Assembly (NCBI GenBank): GCA_016937155.1
Contig: JAFGWM010000032.1
Coordinates: 107,422 to 171,421, forward strand
Source of the DNA: Deltaproteobacteria bacterium
GTDB taxonomy: Bacteria; Myxococcota_A; Polyangia; HGW-17
Length of the DNA: 64,000 nt
Direction of reading: 5' to 3'
The notes below the pieces were generated by a model, which was not told the origin of the DNA, ran no database searches, and saw only the letters and a program-made list of their open reading frames with translations. This document shows, piece by piece, positions 19,735-29,131 of the stretch. Numbering within the stretch: position 1 is the first letter of the stretch; each line of letters opens with the position of its first letter. The position numbers and the translations under genes were made by a program.

Positions 19735-21036
19735 ATGTTTTATTTTTTTGGATTATTGAAAATACTCTCATCTGTAATTTCCGGACATGACTATTTTGTA
19801 CATATCCCTGGACTGGATGCTGAACTGCTAAAAAGATCAACCTTTGAAAGTATACAGGTAGTGGATTCTCCATATGAGAATTCTGTAAATGATTTTACAT
19901 CTGTAATTTCCGGAACATCGGAAAACTGTATTTACAGTTCGGTAGTGATTCAAAAAGGAATTAAACGAAAGGATGTAGATTCTAAACCCTGTGTTAAAGG
20001 TAAAAAATACAGTAAATTTAATGTTTGTGGTTTGGGTAAAAATTTTATCAAACATTTTGAAGGAGGAATTTCCCAGTCTTCGCGTTTGAAATATGATGGT
20101 TACATAAAACTGAAAGAAAAGGATCCTCTGGTAATAAAATTCAGGGTAAAGCATGGAGAAAGATCATTAAAAGTAGCTGTGAATCCTTTGGAAAAGGCAG
20201 TAAAACTTAACTTTACATCAAAAATTGAAGTATTGGATGGTTTGGACTGGAGTGAAATCCAAAATCAGGTGTTTGTGGAAAACAGCGGTAAAATGTTCAG
20301 GTTCCATTATGGAGGAAAATTCTTTTATATATATATATACTATATTGAATCAGTTGATAATTTTCATCTTTTCAATATTGCAGTATCTTTTTCGGGGAAA
20401 TGGATTTCTTCCGGTTTTGAAAGATTAAAGCGATTTGATATTTCACAGAAAATATTCTTCAGAAGAAGTATGGAGATAATCAGATTAAAACTTGGATATA
20501 TTTTGAATACTGAATTAAAAAATACCGGATTGTATGTGGGAGAATATGAGTTGATTCTTAAATACTTTCAGCAAAATCCGGAAGAAATAAAATTGCTGCA
20601 GGAAATACAGAACGAACTTGTATCTGAAATTGAAAGATTCAGAAGAGTTATGATATTTAAAGGAAAAAAGTTTTTTTTGGGTGGCAGCAGGATCACTCTT
20701 TCAAATGGAGTTTGTATACCATACCCTGATTTAGAAAACGCCAAAATATCAGTAGTTTTAAAAAATCATAATGAGATTATGATTTACTGTTCAGGAAGTT
20801 GTCCTGCAGATGAATATCTGCAAAGAAATAAAATTGTTGAAATGTATACAAAAAAAATTTCGGAGATAAATGGATTTAAAGTGATTACACCCCCTGGCAT
20901 GTATTTTGGTCAATGTTATGCAAATGGAAAAACAGTTATGTCATGCAGAAAAACAAAAGTTCTCTTTGCAGGAATCGAAGTGCAGCTTCAAAACATTTTT
21001 GAGAGTTATTTTTTGTTCAATCAGAGTATTTACTGA
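19735..21036 (+). CDS. Hypothetical protein (433 aa) with no recognisable domain. Contains an in-frame (TA)7 repeat.
   Basis: Long ORF 8 bp downstream of comEC on the same strand, with codon composition like its neighbours. I recognise no motif. Confidence 0.45.
   Translation: MFYFFGLLKILSSVISGHDYFVHIPGLDAELLKRSTFESIQVVDSPYENSVNDFTSVISGTSENCIYSSVVIQKGIKRKDVDSKPCVKGKKYSKFNVCGLGKNFIKHFEGGISQSSRLKYDGYIKLKEKDPLVIKFRVKHGERSLKVAVNPLEKAVKLNFTSKIEVLDGLDWSEIQNQVFVENSGKMFRFHYGGKFFYIYIYYIESVDNFHLFNIAVSFSGKWISSGFERLKRFDISQKIFFRRSMEIIRLKLGYILNTELKNTGLYVGEYELILKYFQQNPEEIKLLQEIQNELVSEIERFRRVMIFKGKKFFLGGSRITLSNGVCIPYPDLENAKISVVLKNHNEIMIYCSGSCPADEYLQRNKIVEMYTKKISEINGFKVITPPGMYFGQCYANGKTVMSCRKTKVLFAGIEVQLQNIFESYFLFNQSIY
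20326..20339 (+). repeat. (TA)7 dinucleotide microsatellite inside the 19735-21036 CDS (encodes FYIYIYYI).
   Basis: tatatatatatata, read directly from the sequence. Confidence 0.9.
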
Positions 21037-21171
21037 TGGTTTAATGGTTTGTGTCATGATACATATTTACTACGGGTTTTATTGTTAAGATTTTAACCTG
21101 TAAAATTTACTCACTTTCAGTTTTTTCCCTGGAATAAATGTGGGAGTTACTGATTCAGAGGGAGATGTTTA

Positions 21172-21693
21172 ATGTGCACTAAAGACCTTAGAATCATTAA
21201 GAGATATCCAAACAGAAAACTTTACGACACAACAGATTCCACATATATCACTCTGAAGGAAATCGGTGAACTTGTTAAAAACGGGGAAATGGTTCAGATT
21301 ATTGAAAATTCTTCGGGTGAGGATCTGACCCATGATTTTCTTCTTCAGATCATCAGAAATCAGGAAAAAAAATGGAAAATATTTCCTTTAAAGAGTCTTG
21401 TGGAGCTTATTCGCTCTCAGGCGAATTCAACTAATGAAATTGTAAATTCAGTCAAGAGAGAAGTTGACCAGAAAGTCAATGATTTTCCAAAAATGAATGA
21501 TCTGCGTGAAAAAATTGATATGTATCAGGTTAAATTTGAAGAATGGCAAAAAAACGTTGAGATGCAGATCCATTCCATAATTGAATTTCCTGGAGCTCTT
21601 ATTTCCAAGGAAGTAGAGATACTTAGGGACAGGCTGATCAAACTTGAACAAAAAGTTTCTGATCTGAAATCAAAACTGGATAAAAAAGACTGA
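21172..21693 (+). CDS. PhaR-like polyhydroxyalkanoate synthesis repressor family regulator (173 aa).
   Basis: N-terminal PHB-accumulation-regulator DNA-binding motif IIKRYPNRKLYDTTDSTYITLKEIGELVKNGEMVQIIENSSGEDLTHDFLLQIIRNQE, followed by a coiled-coil C-terminus. Confidence 0.65.
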   Translation: MCTKDLRIIKRYPNRKLYDTTDSTYITLKEIGELVKNGEMVQIIENSSGEDLTHDFLLQIIRNQEKKWKIFPLKSLVELIRSQANSTNEIVNSVKREVDQKVNDFPKMNDLREKIDMYQVKFEEWQKNVEMQIHSIIEFPGALISKEVEILRDRLIKLEQKVSDLKSKLDKKD

Positions 21694-21784
21694 TGATTTT
21701 CCGAAATAAAGAAATAAATTTCTAATCTAAGTTTACAATTGAAATGCGGTGCAACATTTTTTATATTCAATGGTCTAACAACCA

Positions 21785-22990
21785 ATGATGGTAAATATGA
21801 AGTTATCCAAATATATGAGAAACATTGAGCATGCATTTTTTAAAATGAAGATAAATGATGTGGAAAATCCACATAGAAATCACCCTCTTCATGACAGTGC
21901 AACGGTTTTTTCCTATGAACAGGAAAGATTTCATATTGCTGTTACATTTGACGGTGTCAGTGAGTCCAGAGAAAAGGATCGGGATCTTGTAAATATCAGC
22001 AGAGAGCTGGAATGGGATATTGAAGCTTTTTGCAGAAAAACATCTCCGGAAGATATTCATGATATTGCAGACTGGTTTAAGGAAAATGTGGAAAATGAGA
22101 AATACAAAAACCTTGGTGCTACAACGATTAGTCTTCTGAGATATGATTTTTTAACGAATACAGTTGATGGTATATGCGTAGGTGATTCTCCAGCTCTACT
22201 TTGCAGAAGTGTAAATAAAAACGGTGGTGAAATAATTGAAGCTCAGATACTGAGTGCTTTTCATAGTGTTGCAAACGATCCTGGTATTATAACAAGGCAA
22301 TGGAGATATGGTCAGCCTCTTGAGTTGACAGTATTTTCCACTCCCGCTCCGGATGAATTTGAAAGTCTTTTTCTGGTAACTCTCAGTGATGGCTATGGTA
22401 AATTATCTGATTCAGATGTTGTAAGATTTGTGGACGATGATCTGCAGGATTCTATGGTGTCAATGTTTTATCCTGATTTTGCCAGGGTTTATCTTCCGGA
22501 AAAGATAACTTCAAAATTTCCCCACCTGATTGTTGATTCTGAAGGTAGTGTATCTTTTTCTCAGGTCAGTTGTGATTCTGAAATCAGAAGCTATCTATCT
22601 GAAATATATGGTGAATTAACACTGGAAGAGAAAAGAAAAGCAGCAATGGTGGATCTTGATACTGCTGCTCTTTATGATTTATATAAAAATCCATCTGATT
22701 TTAGAACACCGGATGGCAGTGATGCAGATGCAGTTCTTTCAAGATCTCATCCATCACTTGCCTGGATGCTTGGAGCCCCATACAATGATGCTAAGGATGA
22801 ATCAGGTCTTGATGATTACCTTAGAGAATACATTATAGCTGAATTATTTGTAGTTTCCATGCTGGAAGAGCTTTATTTTGAAACAGGTGATTCTCAATGC
22901 AGTCTACAAAAAAAATTGAAAAATTTTTTTGATAGTCTTGATCCTGTAGGTGATGATTTTAGTGTAGCACTTATGAAAATAAGCAGGTAA
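21785..22990 (+). CDS. PP2C-family (SpoIIE-like) serine/threonine phosphatase domain protein with a roughly 150-aa C-terminal region of unknown function.
   Basis: PP2C-like motifs FHIAVTFDGVSESRE (DGxxG region), GATTISLL, ICVGDSPALL and LVTLSDGYGKLSD, in the expected order. Confidence 0.5.
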   Translation: MMVNMKLSKYMRNIEHAFFKMKINDVENPHRNHPLHDSATVFSYEQERFHIAVTFDGVSESREKDRDLVNISRELEWDIEAFCRKTSPEDIHDIADWFKENVENEKYKNLGATTISLLRYDFLTNTVDGICVGDSPALLCRSVNKNGGEIIEAQILSAFHSVANDPGIITRQWRYGQPLELTVFSTPAPDEFESLFLVTLSDGYGKLSDSDVVRFVDDDLQDSMVSMFYPDFARVYLPEKITSKFPHLIVDSEGSVSFSQVSCDSEIRSYLSEIYGELTLEEKRKAAMVDLDTAALYDLYKNPSDFRTPDGSDADAVLSRSHPSLAWMLGAPYNDAKDESGLDDYLREYIIAELFVVSMLEELYFETGDSQCSLQKKLKNFFDSLDPVGDDFSVALMKISR

Positions 22991-23141
22991 TTCCTTTTTT
23001 TCAAAAATACTCAACTTTAGAAGATAAAATAAATTATATTTTGCTTTTTTCGCCATTTTTTTATACAGATTACCTGAGATTTGACTGACTTGAATAAAAT
23101 TTAATGTTATTCAGTTGAGATGTTGAGAGGAGTTTACAGTA

Positions 23142-23678
23142 TTGAGCATTATTACAGGAAAAGGTGATTCAGGAATGACCTCAATCCTTGGTGGTGTTAA
23201 ATTACCTAAAAGTCATATCAGGCTTGAAACAATAGGTACTGTGGATGAGCTTTCTTCATTGCTGGGTTTTGTCAGAAATTCAGTGGATGAGGATGATAAC
23301 CAGCTTTTAATTAGAATTCAAAGGGATCTTTTCAGAATAAACACTGAACTTGCAATTGATCGTGCTCTGGATATGGAGCTTGTCTTTATCGGACCGGCAG
23401 ATGTAGCACGCGTGGAAAATCATGCTATTGCACTGGAAGATGCTGGGTTCAACCCTGGTGAACTTATTGTTCCTGGGGGTGGGAATGATACAAGTTCTCT
23501 TTTGGATCTTTCAAGAACTGTATGCCGCAGAGGAGAAAGAAGGGTTGTAAGCCTTTTTTCAAAAAGTAAACCACTGGATGGTGACACCTCTATTCTTAAA
23601 TATCTAAACAGGCTGAGTGATTTACTATTTTTAATGGCAAGGAAATACGAAACCGGGCGAACTCCTGTTTCAGAATAA
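23142..23678 (+). CDS. PduO-type ATP:cob(I)alamin adenosyltransferase (TTG start).
   Basis: MSIITGKGDSGMTSILGGVKLPKSHIRLETIGTVDELSSLLGF matches the Cob_adeno_trans N-terminal signature. Length is 178 aa. Confidence 0.8.
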   Translation: MSIITGKGDSGMTSILGGVKLPKSHIRLETIGTVDELSSLLGFVRNSVDEDDNQLLIRIQRDLFRINTELAIDRALDMELVFIGPADVARVENHAIALEDAGFNPGELIVPGGGNDTSSLLDLSRTVCRRGERRVVSLFSKSKPLDGDTSILKYLNRLSDLLFLMARKYETGRTPVSE

Positions 23679-23693
23679 TAATAATGGTGACTG

Positions 23694-24548
23694 ATGAACA
23701 GTAGATATAAGTATCTGGTACCGAATTTAATAACTCTTACAAGTCTTTCCATGGGAGTTATTGCAATTTTTCAGACATTGAAGGGAAATATTCACACTGC
23801 CGCCTGGCTGGGTTTTTTGAGTATGCTTCTTGATAGATTTGATGGGATGACAGCAAGAAAAATAGGGGCCAGTTCAAGTTTTGGGCTTGAAATAGACTCT
23901 CTCGCCGATGTTGTTGCCTTTGGTATAACTCCGGCTGTTATTTTATATGCTGTGTTATCCATGTATAGTCCTCATTTCAGGGATGGTATAGGAGAATATA
24001 TTCCACTTGCAGTTGGGGTTTTCTGGGCCGTTGCCTCATGTCTGAGACTTGCAAAATACAATATTGTTGCTCAGGCAGGTGAGTTTGATGATATTTTTCA
24101 GGGATTTCCAATGCCTATAGCGTCAGGTCTTATTTTGTCTCCTGTGCTTTTTCTTTTAAAGTATGTCCCTTCCAGTGGGTATGGATTTACTTTTTATGAT
24201 AAAAGAATCATGGGTACCCTTGAAATGAACTCGGGTCACTGGCTTTTTACGGTTCTTGCGGTATGGGCTGTGATAATTGCTGTGGGAATGCTTTCCTCCC
24301 TAAAGGTACCAAAACTCAAACCACCAGCAATAAAATGGCAGAGAAGGTATTTACTGATTCATGCTTTAACAATCTATTTCATGATTGTTATAAGAGCATG
24401 GCCCGAATTTCTCTTTTTATCCGGTCTCGAATTTGTAATTCTGAGTATAGTTTTCCATCTTAAAGATCCGGAAGCCAGAAAATGTCGGTATATACCGATG
24501 CTGGACGTAATGTCCTGGAAGATAGATACCAAGAAATCCGAAGACTGA
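23694..24548 (+). CDS. pssA: CDP-alcohol phosphatidyltransferase, probably CDP-diacylglycerol--serine O-phosphatidyltransferase (PssA).
   Basis: D-x2-DG-x2-AR...G-x3-D-x3-D motif (DRFDGMTARKIGASSSFGLEIDSLADVV) and multiple TM helices. Confidence 0.7.
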   Translation: MNSRYKYLVPNLITLTSLSMGVIAIFQTLKGNIHTAAWLGFLSMLLDRFDGMTARKIGASSSFGLEIDSLADVVAFGITPAVILYAVLSMYSPHFRDGIGEYIPLAVGVFWAVASCLRLAKYNIVAQAGEFDDIFQGFPMPIASGLILSPVLFLLKYVPSSGYGFTFYDKRIMGTLEMNSGHWLFTVLAVWAVIIAVGMLSSLKVPKLKPPAIKWQRRYLLIHALTIYFMIVIRAWPEFLFLSGLEFVILSIVFHLKDPEARKCRYIPMLDVMSWKIDTKKSED

Positions 24549-24624
24549 AATAACATTCTTATTAATATCCAGAAATTCAAGTAACGGTTAAAACTGACGA
24601 TGTCTGTATTGTGGAGGTTTTACT

Positions 24625-24894
24625 GTGAATACTGTATACTCAAATGCGCTTACAGGTCTTGCCCGGGCGGGTATGACAATGTATGCCGCGTCTTCAAATA
24701 TAAGCAGATCAATAGTTGATGATGCAAAAGCTCTTGAAGTTGCGGGTGATAAACTTGCATTGAGTTCGGATACTATCGACCTCTCCCGTGAAGCTGTTGC
24801 AATGATGCAGGCTGAAAATTTTCATGCTGCACAGATTCCGGTTATTAAAACCGCTGATGAAATGACCCGCTCTCTTTTAGATATTCTGGCCTGA
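24625..24894 (+). CDS. Small hypothetical protein (89 aa, GTG start).
   Basis: GGAGG sits 8 nt upstream of the GTG. Local GC is higher than the neighbours. No motif recognised. The 3' end overlaps the convergent PrsW-like gene by 18 nt. Confidence 0.4.
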   Translation: MNTVYSNALTGLARAGMTMYAASSNISRSIVDDAKALEVAGDKLALSSDTIDLSREAVAMMQAENFHAAQIPVIKTADEMTRSLLDILA

Positions 24895-26184
24895 TTTTTT
24901 ATTCGAAAAGAGTGATATTCCCCAGATTAGTAATCCTGAAATTGTCATAACTATAAGAGTTATAAAACCATTAAGATCGAATTTACTGTCCTTGAGAAAG
25001 GTACCGGCAAATCCAAATCCTGAAAATAGTGTCAGAAGAAATCCGGAAAACAATCCAACACGGTTTTTAACGGTCCTGGAAAGATGTAATTTACGATTTC
25101 GAAACATACCCTTTTTGAAGGAAAACAGTCCGTTTATCACAATAAAGAAGCCAGTAATTATATAAGAAAGAGAAGAGTAAAACGTCATTTTTTCACCAAC
25201 AGGTGGAAAAGCCTCAGGAACAGCCCCCACTGAGGTGATAAATCCTCCGATGATTACCATTGAAATACCCAAAAAGGCATATAAAAAGCCAACAAATCCC
25301 CTTGTCTTTCTTGTTTCAGATGATGAAATTTTTTCCTGCAATTCACTGCTGAACGTGAAATTGTTTTCAAAGCTTTCCAGTTGATCCTGGTTCTGGGGTT
25401 CATCCTTTAAGAGCTTAATAATCTGGGGAAGAACAGATTCAGTCAATACACCCTTTGGAATAGCCGACTTCAGCTTTTCCAGAGAAATTCCATAAAAATG
25501 AGCCATATATTTTACATTGTTTTTCTCCAGAGATTTTAAAAGAATTATTCCCATAATTATAGTAAAGACAAGTGTTCCAGCAAAAACAGCTACACCAACT
25601 TCATCCCCAGTCCGATCAGCAAAAAACGCTCCGAAATCATAGAATCCATGCAATGCTGCCGGAATAAGGTATGCCAAACCAAACCATAACACTGGTGATG
25701 TTCTGGTAAACCGGGCTCTTCCAATAAAATAGCCCATAATAACACCGCAGAAAATATGAAGAGGTATAGCTGTAACTGCTCTTATTATTGCGATGTTTAA
25801 TCCCCCCTGACCCACATACAAAAAGTTTTCAAGTGTGGCGAAACCAAGGCTTGATGCAGCCCCGTATACAATGCCGTCATAAGGTTCATCAAAAGCAATA
25901 TTTCCGTAAGCAATAAGCATCACAACTGACATTTTGAAGAATTCTTCAGGAAATGCAGCCTGGATGAATGCAGTGTAGAGGCTTCCTTCAATAGCATCAG
26001 CAGGTACAGCAAAGAAATTGTTAAGCAGCATAACAAAAAGAAATACCGGGATAGCACTTAATGCTCCCCCAAGGGCAACTTTTGTTATCAGCGATTTAGG
26101 TTCAGGATGTTCATCGTGAGTGTATATGTAAAGAAATAAAAGTATACTTGGCAGTACAGTAACTGCAATTGTAATATAATTCAT
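24877..26184 (-). CDS. PrsW-family intramembrane metalloprotease homolog (435 aa) with a C-terminal membrane extension.
   Basis: EExxK (..FPEEFFKMS..), FxxxH-like (..GFATLENFLY..HIFCG..) and HxxYD (ALHGFYDFG) motifs spread across multiple TM helices. The last gene downstream of ptsI on the same strand. Confidence 0.55.
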   Translation of the reverse strand: MNYITIAVTVLPSILLFLYIYTHDEHPEPKSLITKVALGGALSAIPVFLFVMLLNNFFAVPADAIEGSLYTAFIQAAFPEEFFKMSVVMLIAYGNIAFDEPYDGIVYGAASSLGFATLENFLYVGQGGLNIAIIRAVTAIPLHIFCGVIMGYFIGRARFTRTSPVLWFGLAYLIPAALHGFYDFGAFFADRTGDEVGVAVFAGTLVFTIIMGIILLKSLEKNNVKYMAHFYGISLEKLKSAIPKGVLTESVLPQIIKLLKDEPQNQDQLESFENNFTFSSELQEKISSSETRKTRGFVGFLYAFLGISMVIIGGFITSVGAVPEAFPPVGEKMTFYSSLSYIITGFFIVINGLFSFKKGMFRNRKLHLSRTVKNRVGLFSGFLLTLFSGFGFAGTFLKDSKFDLNGFITLIVMTISGLLIWGISLFSNKKSGQNI

Positions 26185-26187
26185 TTG

Positions 26188-27975
26188 CTATATTTCCTCA
26201 TCCTCTTCAGATAAAGACCAGATTTCCTCCTGTAGTCCATTTTTCATGCTTGTCCTGAATAATTCTTCTATTTCCCTATGATTTTTCATATTGAGGGCTT
26301 TGAGTGCAAGTTCCTCAAGCTCGGATATTGCAACTGAACGGATAAGCTTTTTTATATGAGGAATGAATGCCGGCGGCATTGAAAAAATTCGCAATCCAAA
26401 CCCCAGAAGAATTAGAACACCTATTGGTATTGTTGCCATATCACCGCATATACTGACATCAATTCCAGCTTTTTTACCCTCAGTTATGCAAAAGTGTATC
26501 ATTCTCAAAACCCCAGGATGAAGAGGTCTGTATAAATATGCGATATTATCATTGGCTCTATCAACTGCCAGCGAATACTGAATAAGATCATTACTTCCTA
26601 TTGAAAAGAAGTCAGCTTCTTTGGCCAGAATATCACTAATCATGCAACTGGAAGGAAGCTCCATCATTGTTCCGATTTCAATATTATCCGGTACTTCATG
26701 ACCTTCTGCAGTGAGCTCTTCACTGCATTCCCAAAACACATCCTTTGCTTCACTAAGTTCATCCAAACATGAAATCAGTGGAAACATGATCTTAAGAGGA
26801 ATATCAGGAAAATTGCAGTGAGCTCTCAGAATGCCCCGAATCTGAGATTTAAGTAATTTCCGCGATTTCAACGCAAGCCTGATAGATCTCAAGCCCAGTG
26901 CCGGATTTGCCTCCTGAGAAAAACTGCCTTCAATGGGAAATTTATCCCCCCCCAGATCAAACGTTCTTATGGTAACAGGACCGGATTTCCACCCTGAAAA
27001 AAGGTTTATAGTGTCTGAGTAATGAAGTTCCTCACTGAATGAGTCCTTTTGATTGGAAAGAAAGAGGAATTCCGTCCTATATAGTCCGATGCCTTCCGCC
27101 CCATGAGAGAGTGCTTTGGCTGATTCTTCTGAAAAATCAATATTTGCGTATATTGAAATCGGTATTCCATCAGTTGTTTCAGCTTTAGTATGACTTTCAC
27201 TTATAAGGGTTTGTTCTATGGCGTAAATACGCTGCATGTTTTTACGATGCTGTTTTACACGCATGACATCAGGATTGATAATTACCTCTCCAGTGTTTCC
27301 GTTCACCAGAATAAGATCACCATTTTTCACGGTGTCCAGAATACCCTTTGCACTGACCACCGTAGGTATTTCAAAAGCCTTTGCGATGATTACAGTATGT
27401 GAGGTTGATCCGCCGTGTTCTGTGACTATTGAGGAAATCGCATTTCTTCCAAGTTGAATAGTTTCAACCGGACTTAATTCACTGGCTACAACGATAGCAT
27501 CAACCGGAGGATTAAAACTCTGGCAATCCTGTCCCGACATGTTTCGTAAAAGTCGATAAGTTATAAATCGAAGATCATTCAGCCGTTCATTAAGATATTC
27601 GTTTTCTTCTCTGAGAAAGATTTGCTCCCACTTTTCCAGAATTCTATCAATAGCCCATTCCGCGTTAATCAATTCTGATTTGATGGTTTTGGTGACATCT
27701 TTTCTTAGTTCATCATCCTTGAGCATCATCCGGTGAGCTTCAAGAATATGTCCTGGATCTCTATATTCCTCTCCTATCCTGTCTCTCACCTGATCTATCT
27801 GCTGAGCACTTTTCTCAACTGCTATATTAAATCTTTGAATTTCCAGTGGAACTTCTGTTTCATCAATGGCACGTTTTGTTACAGATATATCTTTTTGCTG
27901 CACAATGTAGGCTCTTCCAATGGACAAGCCCGGGACAACACCTTTGCCTGAGATGAAAATATTCTGTTCACTCAT
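26188..27975 (-). CDS. ptsI: Phosphoenolpyruvate--protein phosphotransferase (PTS Enzyme I).
   Basis: Phosphohistidine region ..GGSTSHTVIIAKAFEIPTVVSAKG.. and the C-terminal PEP-utilising domain (..IGSNDLIQYSLAVDR..). Starts 4 bp inside the ptsH stop. Confidence 0.9.
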   Translation of the reverse strand: MSEQNIFISGKGVVPGLSIGRAYIVQQKDISVTKRAIDETEVPLEIQRFNIAVEKSAQQIDQVRDRIGEEYRDPGHILEAHRMMLKDDELRKDVTKTIKSELINAEWAIDRILEKWEQIFLREENEYLNERLNDLRFITYRLLRNMSGQDCQSFNPPVDAIVVASELSPVETIQLGRNAISSIVTEHGGSTSHTVIIAKAFEIPTVVSAKGILDTVKNGDLILVNGNTGEVIINPDVMRVKQHRKNMQRIYAIEQTLISESHTKAETTDGIPISIYANIDFSEESAKALSHGAEGIGLYRTEFLFLSNQKDSFSEELHYSDTINLFSGWKSGPVTIRTFDLGGDKFPIEGSFSQEANPALGLRSIRLALKSRKLLKSQIRGILRAHCNFPDIPLKIMFPLISCLDELSEAKDVFWECSEELTAEGHEVPDNIEIGTMMELPSSCMISDILAKEADFFSIGSNDLIQYSLAVDRANDNIAYLYRPLHPGVLRMIHFCITEGKKAGIDVSICGDMATIPIGVLILLGFGLRIFSMPPAFIPHIKKLIRSVAISELEELALKALNMKNHREIEELFRTSMKNGLQEEIWSLSEEDEEI

Positions 27976-28283
27976 TTTTTTGGAACCTGCTCATCAAATC
28001 CGGTCTCAATAAGTTCTGAAAGTTCATCGACAGCCTGTTGTGAATCAATACCTGTGGCCCTTATTATGAGTCGGCATCCTTTATATGCAAGCAGTCCCAA
28101 AAGTCCCATGATACTTTTTCCGTTTGCAACGTAGTCATTGAAAATAATTTCAATTTCACTTTCAAATTTACTGCTTTTTTCAACAAACATCTTGGCAGGT
28201 CTGGTATGCAGACCCTGCTCATTGATTAACTCCACTTCTTTTTTATGAGTTTTAGGCAACTTAAATCTCCATTTAGTTATCAA
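27972..28283 (-). CDS. ptsH: Phosphocarrier protein HPr. The TTG at 28283 is doubtful; a better start is the TTG at 28259, which has a GGAG upstream.
   Basis: Active-site His in ..GLHTRPAKMF.. and regulatory Ser in ..GKSIMGLLGL.. Confidence 0.85.
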   Translation of the reverse strand: MITKWRFKLPKTHKKEVELINEQGLHTRPAKMFVEKSSKFESEIEIIFNDYVANGKSIMGLLGLLAYKGCRLIIRATGIDSQQAVDELSELIETGFDEQVPKK

Positions 28284-29128
28284 TATGTTCTTATATCACG
28301 GTGCTGTACCGTAATTTTATAGCCAAGTTTTCTTAGAGTTAAAGCTGATTTTTCAACTATATAAACACTTCTGTGTTTACCTCCTGTACAGCCTATACTG
28401 CAGGTAAGATAGCTCTTTCCTTCTTTCTCATAAAGAGGAATGAGATATTTAAGAAAATCCTCAAATCTGCTATAAAATTCCCGGAATTCATCTTTATTTT
28501 CAAGATAAGTCTGAATCTTATGGTCAACCCCTGTATATTCTCTCAATTCAGAAACGAAATATGGATTGGGAAGAAATCTCACATCCAGAAGAATATCACT
28601 TTCCATGGGAACTCCTCTGGAAAAACCGAAAGACATCAGTTTTATCATCAGACGTGGTTTTTCATAGTTACTGAATATGCCGAAAATTTTACTTCTTAAT
28701 TCATGGACAGTCAGATCAGATGTATCAATCACAGTTGAAACATCATCACGGAGTGTGTTAAGTAAGTTTATTTCATTTTCAATTGTTGAAATCAGTGTAT
28801 CTCCACCAAGAGGGTGAGGTCTTCTGGATGCCTTGAATCTGTTAAGAAGAATTTCATTATCAGCTTCAAGAAAAAGAATTTCCACAGTATGATTTTTTTT
28901 ATTAAGAGTTTCTTTTACTTCTGACCAGTGATCAAGAAAATCAGCATTTCTGATATCGATAGCAATGGCGACTTTGTCAAAATGACCTTTTTCATCCATT
29001 AGTTTAACAAAACCGTCAGTCAAAGGGACGGGTAAATTATCCACAGCAAAAAATCCGAGATCCTCCAGAGAATGCAATACGACAGTTTTACCTGCTCCGC
29101 TGAGTCCTGTTACTATAACAAGTTTCAT
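28280..29128 (-). CDS. rapZ: RNase adapter protein RapZ (YvcJ/YhbJ-family P-loop protein).
   Basis: MKLVIVTGLSGAGKTVVLHSLEDLGFFAVDNLP.. Walker A, and a C-terminal ..GCTGGKHRSV.. motif. Conserved position between hprK and ptsH. Confidence 0.85.
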   Translation of the reverse strand: MKLVIVTGLSGAGKTVVLHSLEDLGFFAVDNLPVPLTDGFVKLMDEKGHFDKVAIAIDIRNADFLDHWSEVKETLNKKNHTVEILFLEADNEILLNRFKASRRPHPLGGDTLISTIENEINLLNTLRDDVSTVIDTSDLTVHELRSKIFGIFSNYEKPRLMIKLMSFGFSRGVPMESDILLDVRFLPNPYFVSELREYTGVDHKIQTYLENKDEFREFYSRFEDFLKYLIPLYEKEGKSYLTCSIGCTGGKHRSVYIVEKSALTLRKLGYKITVQHRDIRTY

Positions 29129-29131
29129 GAT

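Noticed and set aside
24625-24894. Possible FlgM-like anti-sigma-28 assignment for the 89-aa protein
   Set aside because: It has only a vague C-terminal helical resemblance. There are no flagellar genes in the window and no conserved FlgM GxY motif, so it is left as hypothetical.
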